DNA from: an uncultured Nitrosopumilaceae archaeon
Lineage (GTDB): Archaea > Thermoproteota > Nitrososphaeria > Nitrososphaerales > Nitrosopumilaceae
DNA length: 64,000 bases
Reading direction: 5' to 3'
Assembly (NCBI GenBank): GCA_964538885.1
Contig: CAZIHR010000018.1
Location: 9,811 to 73,810 of the forward strand
Part shown: positions 46,085 through 54,019 of the stretch, in pieces
Layout: each line of letters opens with the position of its first letter
Numbering within the stretch: the stretch's first letter is position 1
Made by a program: the position numbers and the translations under genes
The notes under the pieces: generated by a model
The model's input: only the letters and a program-made list of their open reading frames with translations
Told to the model about the DNA's origin: nothing
Databases searched by the model: none

Positions 46085-47101
46085 TTAATTCATTTTCATC
46101 TTGAATCTGTCTTCCACAAAATATTCCACTCGCGTCTTCTTGAACTCCCTAGCACTGAACAGTATCTTATAGTCTTCAACGTGTATCTGAGTTTGTATAT
46201 CTTTTGCCATATTTGCAGCATCTTCGCGTGTCTTGCAGTGTATCATGGAGAATACGTTGTAGGGCCAGTCTGGATAGGTGGGCCTCTGGTAACAGTGACT
46301 AACTTGGGGGAAGGCACCAAGTTTCTGACCTACTTTTGTAATTCTGTCTTCTGGTACATTCCAGACAATCATTCCGTTTGCGGCAAATCCAGCTTGTCTG
46401 TGCCGCAGAATGGCCGCAAACCTCCGCATCACACCGATCTCTTCATAGTGTCGGAGATTTTCAAATACTTGCTCTTCACTGATTCCAAGCATTTTAGAAC
46501 ATCTGAGAAATGGACGATCAACAATCTCCAGATCCATTTGTAACTGGCGTACAAATTCTTTGTCTTTCTCGGTTGGCACAAACTCTACATCTCTAGTTTG
46601 TTTCTTTTCCTCGGACGGCGCGACCGGATGTTTTTTTCCGTCAACCATTTCCAGCTTTACGCCAATCTTGAATAGCTTGAGTGTTGGCAGCATTCTGATT
46701 TTCTTCACTCCTTCCAGTCCAGAGAATTTGTCTACCTCGCCATCTAGATCAGAATCTGGTGGGACGGCAAGCGTGAACCATAGATTAAATTGATGATCCC
46801 GTTCGTAGTTGTGGCTCACTCCTGGATGCCTGTTTATCTTTTCTGCTACATCTACTAGTTTGTCTGGCTCTACCTCCATGGCAACAAGTGAGCTGGTGTA
46901 TCCGAGCCGTCTCGTATCGAATATTGCGCTCAACTGTCTGAGGATACCTGCCTCTTTTAGACGTAGCAGACGTTCCTTGACTTCTTGTGGAGTGGTGTCG
47001 AACTTTTTAGCTATCGCGTCAAATGGTCTTGGAATTAGAGGAAACGTCCACTGGATCTCGTTGAGTAATTCCTTATCTAAATCATCCATCATTTGACTCA
47101 A
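46085..47101 (-). CDS. ahbAB: siroheme decarboxylase, fused AhbA/AhbB (NirD/L/G/H-like, two Lrp/AsnC-type halves)
   Basis: 338 aa. LDKELLNEIQWTFPLIPRPFDAIAKKF...LKEAGILRQLSAIFDTRRLGYTSSLVAMEV, and a second half with ...GVMRRFAAILRHRQAGFAANGMIVWNV...VSHCYQRP. Confidence 0.75.
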   Translation of the reverse strand: MSQMMDDLDKELLNEIQWTFPLIPRPFDAIAKKFDTTPQEVKERLLRLKEAGILRQLSAIFDTRRLGYTSSLVAMEVEPDKLVDVAEKINRHPGVSHNYERDHQFNLWFTLAVPPDSDLDGEVDKFSGLEGVKKIRMLPTLKLFKIGVKLEMVDGKKHPVAPSEEKKQTRDVEFVPTEKDKEFVRQLQMDLEIVDRPFLRCSKMLGISEEQVFENLRHYEEIGVMRRFAAILRHRQAGFAANGMIVWNVPEDRITKVGQKLGAFPQVSHCYQRPTYPDWPYNVFSMIHCKTREDAANMAKDIQTQIHVEDYKILFSAREFKKTRVEYFVEDRFKMKMN

Positions 47102-47267
47102 TATTCCAATACCCTGTTACATTTAATTAAAAATGTAGCTGACATCTGAGTTTGTTCTATACTTTCTTGGTTGAAATGCAATGTATACAAAAATTGGCCA
47201 TCTGTTATTATACGGTTCAATATTTCCAATTTAATACATAAATAGAAATCCTGAATTTTTTTGATCG

Positions 47268-47933
47268 TTGATAGTCAACTTGAATCTTCGGGGAAAGAAT
47301 GTTCTAGTAATAGGTGGCGGCGGCGAGGCACTTAAAAGAATCAATTCTCTTCTTGATGAGGGCTGCGCCATAACTGTGATCAGTGGTATAGTGACTCCCA
47401 AAGTATGTGCACTGATACAAGACATGAAGATCAAGTTTCATCAAGAAGATGTGGTGGATGTCAAGATCCTTGATAGATATGAACCCAATTTGATCATGGT
47501 CACTACCAACGATCATAAACTCAACCAAAAGATTGTGGCATATGCTCAGAAAAATGGAATAATGGTGTATAGTTCAGACGATCCTGATTCCAGTGATTTT
47601 GCACACGCGGCTGTAGTTGACGCCGCAGATCCCATACGAATTGCCATATTTACTGGTGGTGCAAGCCCAGCTGTAGCAAAGCGAATCGGAGCTAGGCTTG
47701 GTGAGAATATTAGACGTGTAGTCACCAAAGAGGATGTTGGACAAGCGCAAATTCAAATGATTGTGCGTGGACTAGCTAGAGAGAAGATCCCTTCTCAGAG
47801 GGACAGGAAAGCGTTTCTTGTAAACCTTATGGATGACGTGCAGGTTAAACAATTAATAAAAGATGGTTCTCTCAAAAAAGCAGAGGACCGAGCTGTCGCA
47901 ATGTTGGGTGATTGGATACGAACCAGAAAATAA
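47268..47933 (+). CDS. sirC: precorrin-2 dehydrogenase/sirohydrochlorin ferrochelatase (SirC/Met8/CysG-N-like)
   Basis: 221 aa with a TTG start. LRGKNVLVIGGGGEALKRINSLLDEGCAITVIS is the Rossmann signature of this family. Confidence 0.8.
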   Translation: MIVNLNLRGKNVLVIGGGGEALKRINSLLDEGCAITVISGIVTPKVCALIQDMKIKFHQEDVVDVKILDRYEPNLIMVTTNDHKLNQKIVAYAQKNGIMVYSSDDPDSSDFAHAAVVDAADPIRIAIFTGGASPAVAKRIGARLGENIRRVVTKEDVGQAQIQMIVRGLAREKIPSQRDRKAFLVNLMDDVQVKQLIKDGSLKKAEDRAVAMLGDWIRTRK

Positions 47934-49210
47934 TAAATGCACGCGTCACATTCAGAAACTCCCCCATTCACATTTTGGAGCGCTTTACCATTAGAGATGT
48001 CAACAACGCATACGAGCAGTTCAAGAGGTATTCTGGATTAGATGAATGCGTGATTGTACAGACATGCAATCGTATTGAACTGTTTGCAAAGTCGGGTTAC
48101 TGTGACCCTGAGAAGATCCAACGCACTTGGGCTTCTATAACTGGTCTTGAAGAGGCCGCGTTTGAGGATAACTTGGAGCTTGCAGAGAACAGGGACGCAT
48201 TACATCATTTGCTCAAGCTTACCGCTGGCTTAGATTCTATGGTGCTGGGTGAAGAGCAGATATTGGGCCAAATAAAGAACTCGATTACGTCTGCAAGGAT
48301 GGCTAGAGCATCTGGACGGCATCTCAACACGTTGTTTGACAAGGCAATCAGAATTGGAACTCGAATAAGGAATTCCAGCGGCATAAGTAGGGGGGGAATC
48401 TCGGTGGGTTCGATGGCAGTAAAACTTGCCGAAGAGAACATAGATGACATGAAGACAAAAAAAATTCTACTTATCGGAACCGGAGAAGTCTCTACATTGG
48501 TGGCAAAGTCATTGCGGCGCAGAGGCTATTATTTTGCTGTGAGTAGCAGGACACTGAACAGATCCAGAGCGTTCTGCGAGACGTTAGGGGGTGAACCTGT
48601 ACGCTTTGAGGATGTGCTTGCCAGATTTGAGGAGTATGATGTGGTGTTTGTGGCCACAACAGCACCGTATTTTTTGGTAACTTTTGACAGAATTGCGGGT
48701 GCAATGAAGAAGCGCGGACATGGTATGATGATTATGGATTTATCCAATCCCAGAACTGTAGATGAGAAGGTTGCTACCTTGAGAGGGATCAAGCTGATGA
48801 ATCTCGACCAAATTGCCGAGATGGTTGAAAAGAACATGAAAGCACGACTAAACAAGGTCAAGGAGATTGAAAATATAATTAATGAGGAGGTGTACATATT
48901 GGAAGCCTCTATGAAAAGATTGGATGCCGAACCATTGGTTAGGGATGTGTTCAAGAACGTTGACTTGCTACGGGAGCGAGAGCTACAAAAGGCATTACAG
49001 ATGCTTGAGGAGACGGATATGGACAAGATCAGGATAATTGAGAATCTTACAAAGGCGGTAGTCGAGAGCATCGTCTCTACTCCTATGAACAATCTCCGCA
49101 AGGCATCTGAACAGGGCAAGCCGGATGTGGTGGACGCGGCAAGCAAACTATTTGATTATATGAGGGATGATGAGTCAAAGTCCCCGCCTGTAGATGCCTC
49201 CAATTCATGA
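47912..49210 (+). CDS. hemA: glutamyl-tRNA reductase
   Basis: 432 aa. ECVIVQTCNRIELF, LDSMVLGEEQILGQIK and ILLIGTGEVSTLVAKSL match HemA. It overlaps sirC by 22 nt. Confidence 0.9.
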   Translation: MDTNQKIINARVTFRNSPIHILERFTIRDVNNAYEQFKRYSGLDECVIVQTCNRIELFAKSGYCDPEKIQRTWASITGLEEAAFEDNLELAENRDALHHLLKLTAGLDSMVLGEEQILGQIKNSITSARMARASGRHLNTLFDKAIRIGTRIRNSSGISRGGISVGSMAVKLAEENIDDMKTKKILLIGTGEVSTLVAKSLRRRGYYFAVSSRTLNRSRAFCETLGGEPVRFEDVLARFEEYDVVFVATTAPYFLVTFDRIAGAMKKRGHGMMIMDLSNPRTVDEKVATLRGIKLMNLDQIAEMVEKNMKARLNKVKEIENIINEEVYILEASMKRLDAEPLVRDVFKNVDLLRERELQKALQMLEETDMDKIRIIENLTKAVVESIVSTPMNNLRKASEQGKPDVVDAASKLFDYMRDDESKSPPVDASNS

Positions 49211-49293
49211 GACTGACTGTACGAGTCCTTTATTGCACAAGGTGTACATGGTAGCAACACGACACATATTTTGCAGTCCGTGGTATAGTTTCT

Positions 49294-49611
49294 TTGTACA
49301 TGAGGGATGATGAGCGTTTTGAGATTGAGAGGGCACTTGATTTATTGCCTCATGTTGTCGGTTCGAGCTGGGCCGTGGTTTGGTTTCGACTAAACGGAAT
49401 AAAGCATCCCACGCGTCAAGAATATCGGGCAAAGACACTAGAGTATATGGGGGTGCTTGATCCTTTATTTGAGATGTGGTCCGGTGATCAGCGTTTTGCA
49501 GATCTGCAAAAATACATCACGGCAAGAAAAAAGGTAGAACGTGACAGAATACTTTCTGGAGGAAACAAGGAAGTCGAGAGAAGATACGACAGATATGTTG
49601 ACTATGGTTAA
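49294..49611 (+). CDS. hypothetical protein (about 103-105 aa)
   Basis: ORF only. The start is TTG 49294 or ATG 49300. No motif recognised. Confidence 0.35.
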   Translation: MYMRDDERFEIERALDLLPHVVGSSWAVVWFRLNGIKHPTRQEYRAKTLEYMGVLDPLFEMWSGDQRFADLQKYITARKKVERDRILSGGNKEVERRYDRYVDYG

Positions 49612-50228
49612 ATTTCTTTTTTGAACTGTACTAGAAATTTTCTCAACACTTTGGTTCTTTTCTTGGCTTCAATTCTTCCAGATTTCGTGTTCATGAGAGA
49701 TTCAAGCACTAGAAGCTTTTTGTAAAAATGGTCCAGCGTCCATAATTTATCATCTGGAATTCTGTTAGTGCAGAATGGATCATCTTCATTGTATAATGGT
49801 CTATGTTCTGAACCGCTTACAACAAATACACGTGCTATGCCTATTGCACCCATGGCATCAAGTCTGTCTGCATCTTGAAGAATCTTGCCTACTTTACTTT
49901 CTGGAATTTTGTGTGCTGAAAAACTGTGATCACGAATAGCATCGTGTACTATCTGTATCTCTTCAAGAGAAAAACCGTACTTTTTCAGTATTTTTCTTGA
50001 TTTCAGGGCACTTTTGACTGCAGCCATCTTTGATCGTCTGTCTGATTTTGGAAATATTACAATGTCGTGTAATAGTGCCGCACTCAATACAAGTTTTTTA
50101 CTTGCATGTTCTGCTCTACATATCTTTTCTGCATTTCTGTACACGCGCATTGTATGAGAGTAGTCATGTGCTGGATCGTTGGCTGTGGATGATCTTATCT
50201 CATTCTTTATTGCCTTGAGCACGTCCAT
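49608..50228 (-). CDS. HD-domain metal-dependent phosphohydrolase
   Basis: 206 aa. HDYSHTMRVYRNAEKI...AALLHDI...DADRLDAMGAIG matches the HD domain. Confidence 0.8.
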   Translation of the reverse strand: MDVLKAIKNEIRSSTANDPAHDYSHTMRVYRNAEKICRAEHASKKLVLSAALLHDIVIFPKSDRRSKMAAVKSALKSRKILKKYGFSLEEIQIVHDAIRDHSFSAHKIPESKVGKILQDADRLDAMGAIGIARVFVVSGSEHRPLYNEDDPFCTNRIPDDKLWTLDHFYKKLLVLESLMNTKSGRIEAKKRTKVLRKFLVQFKKEI

Positions 50229-50229
50229 G

Positions 50230-50850
50230 CTAGAGTCTCCAGAGTTTAGGTTTTACAAATTTTATCTTTTTTTGAGTTATTAGAGTGGTCCAGTCGATTG
50301 ATGCAAATAGTATAACTGCTGCGACTCCTATGCCATCTGCAAGTATGATTCCCACATGGCGCTCCTCGAATATTTGGATAAAGGGTGTGAGTACAATATT
50401 GCTTATCGTTATCATGATATAGTATGATAGGACCCTGCCAGCCCAAAATCCAATGTATAGGCCAACACTTTTTGCACGCATTAGACCATATGCGACAAAT
50501 AACATGTTGCTTGGTAGAGGCGTAGCTGCAAAGAGAAATGATGCTATAACGTATCCATATCGTTTACCGTTCAAAAAGTCACCGATCGTATCAAGGCTGG
50601 ATTTTTGTTCCGTTGTAACAAATTTTCTAAACGCACCGCTGACTCTCTTTAGGATGAGTCGGCCAATAGTGGCCCCCGTTGCACCCACTAGTGCAAGTGT
50701 GAATGGTTCCAATGCTGGGTCTATTGCGTAAAATGACGCAAGGATAATCCATGTGGGTGGCATCAGGATAGGGGCTGCATTGATTGTAATCAAAACGAAA
50801 AATATTCCTAGATACGAATATTCTACAAAGATTTCAAAAAAGTCGGTCAT
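50230..50850 (-). CDS. DedA/VTT (SNARE-associated)-like membrane protein
   Basis: 206 aa and polytopic. YLGIFFVLITINAAPILMPPTWIILASF resembles the VTT-domain N-terminus. Confidence 0.55.
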   Translation of the reverse strand: MTDFFEIFVEYSYLGIFFVLITINAAPILMPPTWIILASFYAIDPALEPFTLALVGATGATIGRLILKRVSGAFRKFVTTEQKSSLDTIGDFLNGKRYGYVIASFLFAATPLPSNMLFVAYGLMRAKSVGLYIGFWAGRVLSYYIMITISNIVLTPFIQIFEERHVGIILADGIGVAAVILFASIDWTTLITQKKIKFVKPKLWRL

Positions 50851-51030
50851 GCCCTTGTGATGTTGCGGTTTTTTCCATCTAAACCCTTGTATTCGAGAAT
50901 ATAGGAAGAAAGAACTATTAAAAATATTTAAAATTGTAGAATAATTTCAACATTTCTAAAACAATATTCGTGTATTGGAAAAAATTGGATCATTTGTCCA
51001 ATATATTTATAAACAAATTATGCAATACAC

Positions 51031-51156
51031 ATGAATATGTCGGTCGTCTGGAAGTGTTTTAGATGTAATCTGTACTTTAGGGATGAGCATCTAGCAAATA
51101 TACACAAACAGATCGAAGGGCATTCTGTGAGAAAAGTCAAGGCACTGACTGCATAA
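51031..51156 (+). CDS. 41-aa C2H2-like zinc-finger micro-protein
   Basis: Hand translation: MNMSVVWKCFRCNLYFRDEHLANIHKQIEGHSVRKVKALTA. It fits C-x2-C-x12-H-x5-H, with the Phe three residues after the second Cys. It is too short for the ORF track. Confidence 0.45.
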   Translation: MNMSVVWKCFRCNLYFRDEHLANIHKQIEGHSVRKVKALTA

Positions 51157-51271
51157 TGGGTATAGTTTGGGTAATGGTTTAGTTTGTCCCATTAGTGACG
51201 TGACACGTTTTTTATGTGCCAAAAAAGGCACACCATAGTATATTGTGTCCTGTTTTTGGATAGTATATGAA

Positions 51272-51375
51272 TGGTGCAGAGGGTGGGATTTGAACCCACG
51301 AACTCCTAAGAGAAAGGATGTCTTATGTGTATGATCTTGAGTCCTTCTCGGTTGACCGGGCTTCGATACCTCTGC
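51272..51375 (-). tRNA. tRNA-Leu (anticodon CAA) with a 16-nt intron at the canonical 37/38 position; CCA encoded
   Basis: Minus strand: GCAGAGG-TA-TCG..CGA-G-AAGGA-CTCAAG[ATCATACACATAAGAC]A-TCCTT-long variable arm (CTC..GAG)-GTGGG-TTCAAAT-CCCAC-CCTCTGC-A-CCA. It is 104 nt with the intron and 88 nt without. Confidence 0.8.
51320..51335 (-). other. tRNA-Leu intron (boundaries ambiguous by 1 nt because an A flanks both sides)
   Basis: Removing this segment restores the 5-bp anticodon stem AAGGA/TCCTT and the 7-nt loop CTCAAGA. Confidence 0.7.
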
Positions 51376-51502
51376 AAGATGGATTGGAAATGTCCATTAT
51401 TTTTCAATTACTGTTTTTACATATTTGCATGTTTTATGATGTGGTAGTGATTCTATGCTTTATGTTGGATGGCTTGGAGTGCCACTGACCAATCAAATAA
51501 AG

Positions 51503-51510
51503 CTTTAATT
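51503..51510 (+). promoter_or_regulatory. TATA-like box of the OB-fold protein gene
   Basis: CTTTAATT is centred about 27 nt upstream of ATG 51533. Confidence 0.4.
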
Positions 51511-51532
51511 GTGTGAATTTGGGGCAAAACTT

Positions 51533-51850
51533 ATGGCAGAACATTTACCTATTTCACAAGCCAAAAAAACACGAAGTGGAATCAATATAAAAGCCACAGT
51601 AAAGAGCAAGGGAGATTCACGAACGGTGAATCTGAAAAATGGTGGAACCATCAATGTATGTGATGCAGTAATTAAAGATGGTGAAACTGACGACGATCAA
51701 ATGAAACTTACCCTTTGGGGTGATGACATCAATGCGATAAATGTGGGTGATACTGTGGTGATCACAAATGGTTACACAAACGAGTTTCGTGGAGAAGTAT
51801 CTCTGACTAAAGGCAAGTTTGGCCAAATGGAAGTTAATCCAGAATCCTAA
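51533..51850 (+). CDS. single OB-fold nucleic-acid-binding protein (short SSB/RPA-like)
   Basis: 105 aa from ATG 51533. INIKATVKSKGDSRTVNLKNGGTINVCDAVIKDGETDDDQMKLTLWGDDI...GDTVVITNGYTNEFRGEVSLT is a typical OB-fold (tRNA_anti-like) pattern. Confidence 0.6.
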   Translation: MAEHLPISQAKKTRSGINIKATVKSKGDSRTVNLKNGGTINVCDAVIKDGETDDDQMKLTLWGDDINAINVGDTVVITNGYTNEFRGEVSLTKGKFGQMEVNPES

Positions 51851-51864
51851 ACGGGCCTACTTTT

Positions 51865-52617
51865 TTACTTTCTGGGCTTTTTTGTAGCTACTTTCTTTCC
51901 CTTACTTGCCGCCTTCTTTACTGGTCTTGCCACTATCTTCTTTCCCTTACTTGCCGCCTTCCTCTTTTTGGCAGCAATTTCTCGTAGTTTCATACTGGCC
52001 TCATTAAATGCCTTCTTTGCAGCTTCTTCCTTCTCGGTTGTCTCTTTCCATTTTACTGTAAACCCTTCTATGGATTTCTGGCTTGACTTTAATGTATCAC
52101 GTAGGGCTGGCTTGTTTTTTACTTGTTGCTGAATTTTCAAATTGATTTTTGATTTTAGCTTTGAGTATTTTGTCACTTCCCCAGTAATTTCCTTGGCTTT
52201 CTCTTCTTTTTGACTTATTTCAAATTCCATCTCGTCAATCTGTTTGTTGATGGCCTGTAGTTTGGCTTTTGCATCTTGCATCTCAACGTCATTTTTAGCT
52301 GACCTAATCTCTTGTTCTGCCTTGGATGCGTTGCTCTTTTCCCTAGCCACACGCTCCCGTGTTACCTCAATTAAGCGATTGATGCTTTCTAATTGAGATG
52401 TCTTTTGGGTTAAAATACTGGATACTTCTGTATTCTCTTCTTTGCTAGATTCTATTCTTCTTTCAATGGATCTCAGACCAGAAGCTGAACGTCTATGCAT
52501 AGCTTTGGCTGTGTCAAGTTGTTTTCTCGTATTTTTCTGAAGTCTACTTGCTTCCTGTTTTGACTGACGTAACCTGTCTGCAATCTTTTGGAGTGTCTGC
52601 ACGATTAAAACACACAT
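51865..52617 (-). CDS. coiled-coil protein with a lysine/alanine-rich basic C-terminal tail
   Basis: 250 aa with long heptad-like K/E/Q-rich helices. The tail ...AAKKRKAASKGKKIVARPVKKAASKGKKVATKKPRK includes a 15-aa (45-bp) duplicated unit (23-nt identical cores at 51894-51916 and 51939-51961). Confidence 0.5.
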   Translation of the reverse strand: MCVLIVQTLQKIADRLRQSKQEASRLQKNTRKQLDTAKAMHRRSASGLRSIERRIESSKEENTEVSSILTQKTSQLESINRLIEVTRERVAREKSNASKAEQEIRSAKNDVEMQDAKAKLQAINKQIDEMEFEISQKEEKAKEITGEVTKYSKLKSKINLKIQQQVKNKPALRDTLKSSQKSIEGFTVKWKETTEKEEAAKKAFNEASMKLREIAAKKRKAASKGKKIVARPVKKAASKGKKVATKKPRK

Positions 52618-52826
52618 TGTATATCGGTTAAATTGTAAACATGATCAGGAATTGACTTACCTGTTAAGAAAATTAACATTAGAATCATCCTGATCTATTT
52701 TATACGCCTAAAATCTGGGCATTATTGTCACATTTTGGACTCAATTTTTGTTTGATTTTCTAACTTTGACCATCCACTATTGTTTATACTCTGTTTATTT
52801 TACAAAAAACCCTCTATTTTTCTAGA

Positions 52827-53174
52827 ATGTATAAAAACTACATCTTGAATCTACGTAGTGGGATGGATTTTCATCCAAGAGATTTGCCTGTCTCAAAAAC
52901 ATACGATCTTGAAGACGAAAAAGATGCCGTCAATGCAGCAAATGACATTGTATCTGCTGGCTTTTCAAACAGAAAGGATGGCTTTAGAGTATTGATGCCA
53001 AAGGATGCTAAACTGGCAAAGAGAATAGGGTATACTGTAACCACTGGTGTAACCTCTGGACTTGGGGCAAAAAATGAGATTCGAGATGTTCGATATTGGA
53101 CATATCATCACGACAAGGATCACTATGCAATAGTCCTGATCAGTAGCAAAGCACTGGCTGAACTAGGTTACTGA
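52827..53174 (+). CDS. hypothetical protein (115 aa)
   Basis: ORF only. No motif recognised. Confidence 0.35.
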   Translation: MYKNYILNLRSGMDFHPRDLPVSKTYDLEDEKDAVNAANDIVSAGFSNRKDGFRVLMPKDAKLAKRIGYTVTTGVTSGLGAKNEIRDVRYWTYHHDKDHYAIVLISSKALAELGY

Positions 53175-53837
53175 CCTAAAAATCCTGTAAAGCTTTGTCT
53201 TTTTGGCCAAAACACCGGACAACATGACTCCTATGATCAGTCCGCCTATGATGTCCATGGGGTAGTGTTCCAGTACATATATTCTGCTAATAGATACCAG
53301 CCCTGGATACAGAAACATCAAGTAGGCACCGCGTGGGAATCTTTCTGACAGTGCATACCCTAGAATTATAGCAAATATCATAGTACGTGCTGCATGTCCA
53401 GAAGGATACGATGCCCCAAACCCTCCCTCACAAAATAGTGCAAATGTGTCACGACTCATTGCTACGGGAAATGATACACCATCATATTCCATATCTGGTC
53501 TGTCTCTGTCCACTCCACACTTTACGTATCCTGCCAGCAATGTTGACAATACAATTAATATCATTAGTGTAATGCCAATTCTTCTAGTCTTTTTTATGAT
53601 CAGCATCAGTATACTAAACCCAAGCATGTAAAACGTATCACCGCTTTCCGTAATGGATTGCATGATTGTATCTATCATTATATTGCCAATTCCTGCATAT
53701 ACAAGTGACGCAACACTATGATCAAACGCATCGGTCACACCAAAATATACCAGAGCAGTAACCACAAGAAATGTTACAACTAACAAGACGAACGGCTTAG
53801 ATCTCAAATCAAAAATCCAGTTTTGCAATTGATCCAA
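53163..53837 (-). CDS. PAP2-family (type 2 phosphatidic acid phosphatase-like) membrane phosphatase
   Basis: 224 aa. KCGVDRDRP, SYPSGHAA and SRIYVLEHYPMDIIGG are the three PAP2 motifs. Confidence 0.8.
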   Translation of the reverse strand: MDQLQNWIFDLRSKPFVLLVVTFLVVTALVYFGVTDAFDHSVASLVYAGIGNIMIDTIMQSITESGDTFYMLGFSILMLIIKKTRRIGITLMILIVLSTLLAGYVKCGVDRDRPDMEYDGVSFPVAMSRDTFALFCEGGFGASYPSGHAARTMIFAIILGYALSERFPRGAYLMFLYPGLVSISRIYVLEHYPMDIIGGLIIGVMLSGVLAKKTKLYRIFRSVT

Positions 53838-54019
53838 TCTTTTGTATGCTATTTTTAATTTTTCGTAGTCTGTTTACTATTTGAAGGATTAGCATTTAGC
53901 ACGGGTTGTTTAGAATAACTGCATCCGTATATTCTCTCATCTATATACTCAGTCCCCTGTCTGAATGAGTGTGAACTGATCGACTCAAAGCATTTAACAG
54001 GGAATATAATAGGAATGCC

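Noticed and set aside
48529-49146. Long antisense ORFs inside bona fide genes: 205 aa opposite hemA, 16107..16607 opposite the DUF2070-like gene, 32077..32523 opposite leuC, 37747..38040 opposite rrp41 and 41636..42058 opposite nadK
   Set aside because: They have Ser/Leu/Phe-rich low-complexity translations typical of the antisense frame of real genes. The sense-strand genes have strong family signatures.
49160-49314. 15-nt exact repeat ATGAGGGATGATGAG at the hemA 3' end (49160-49174) and at the start of the next ORF (49300-49314), giving YMRDDE in both proteins
   Set aside because: It is short and isolated, with no extended similarity around it. It could mark an old rearrangement but is compatible with chance.
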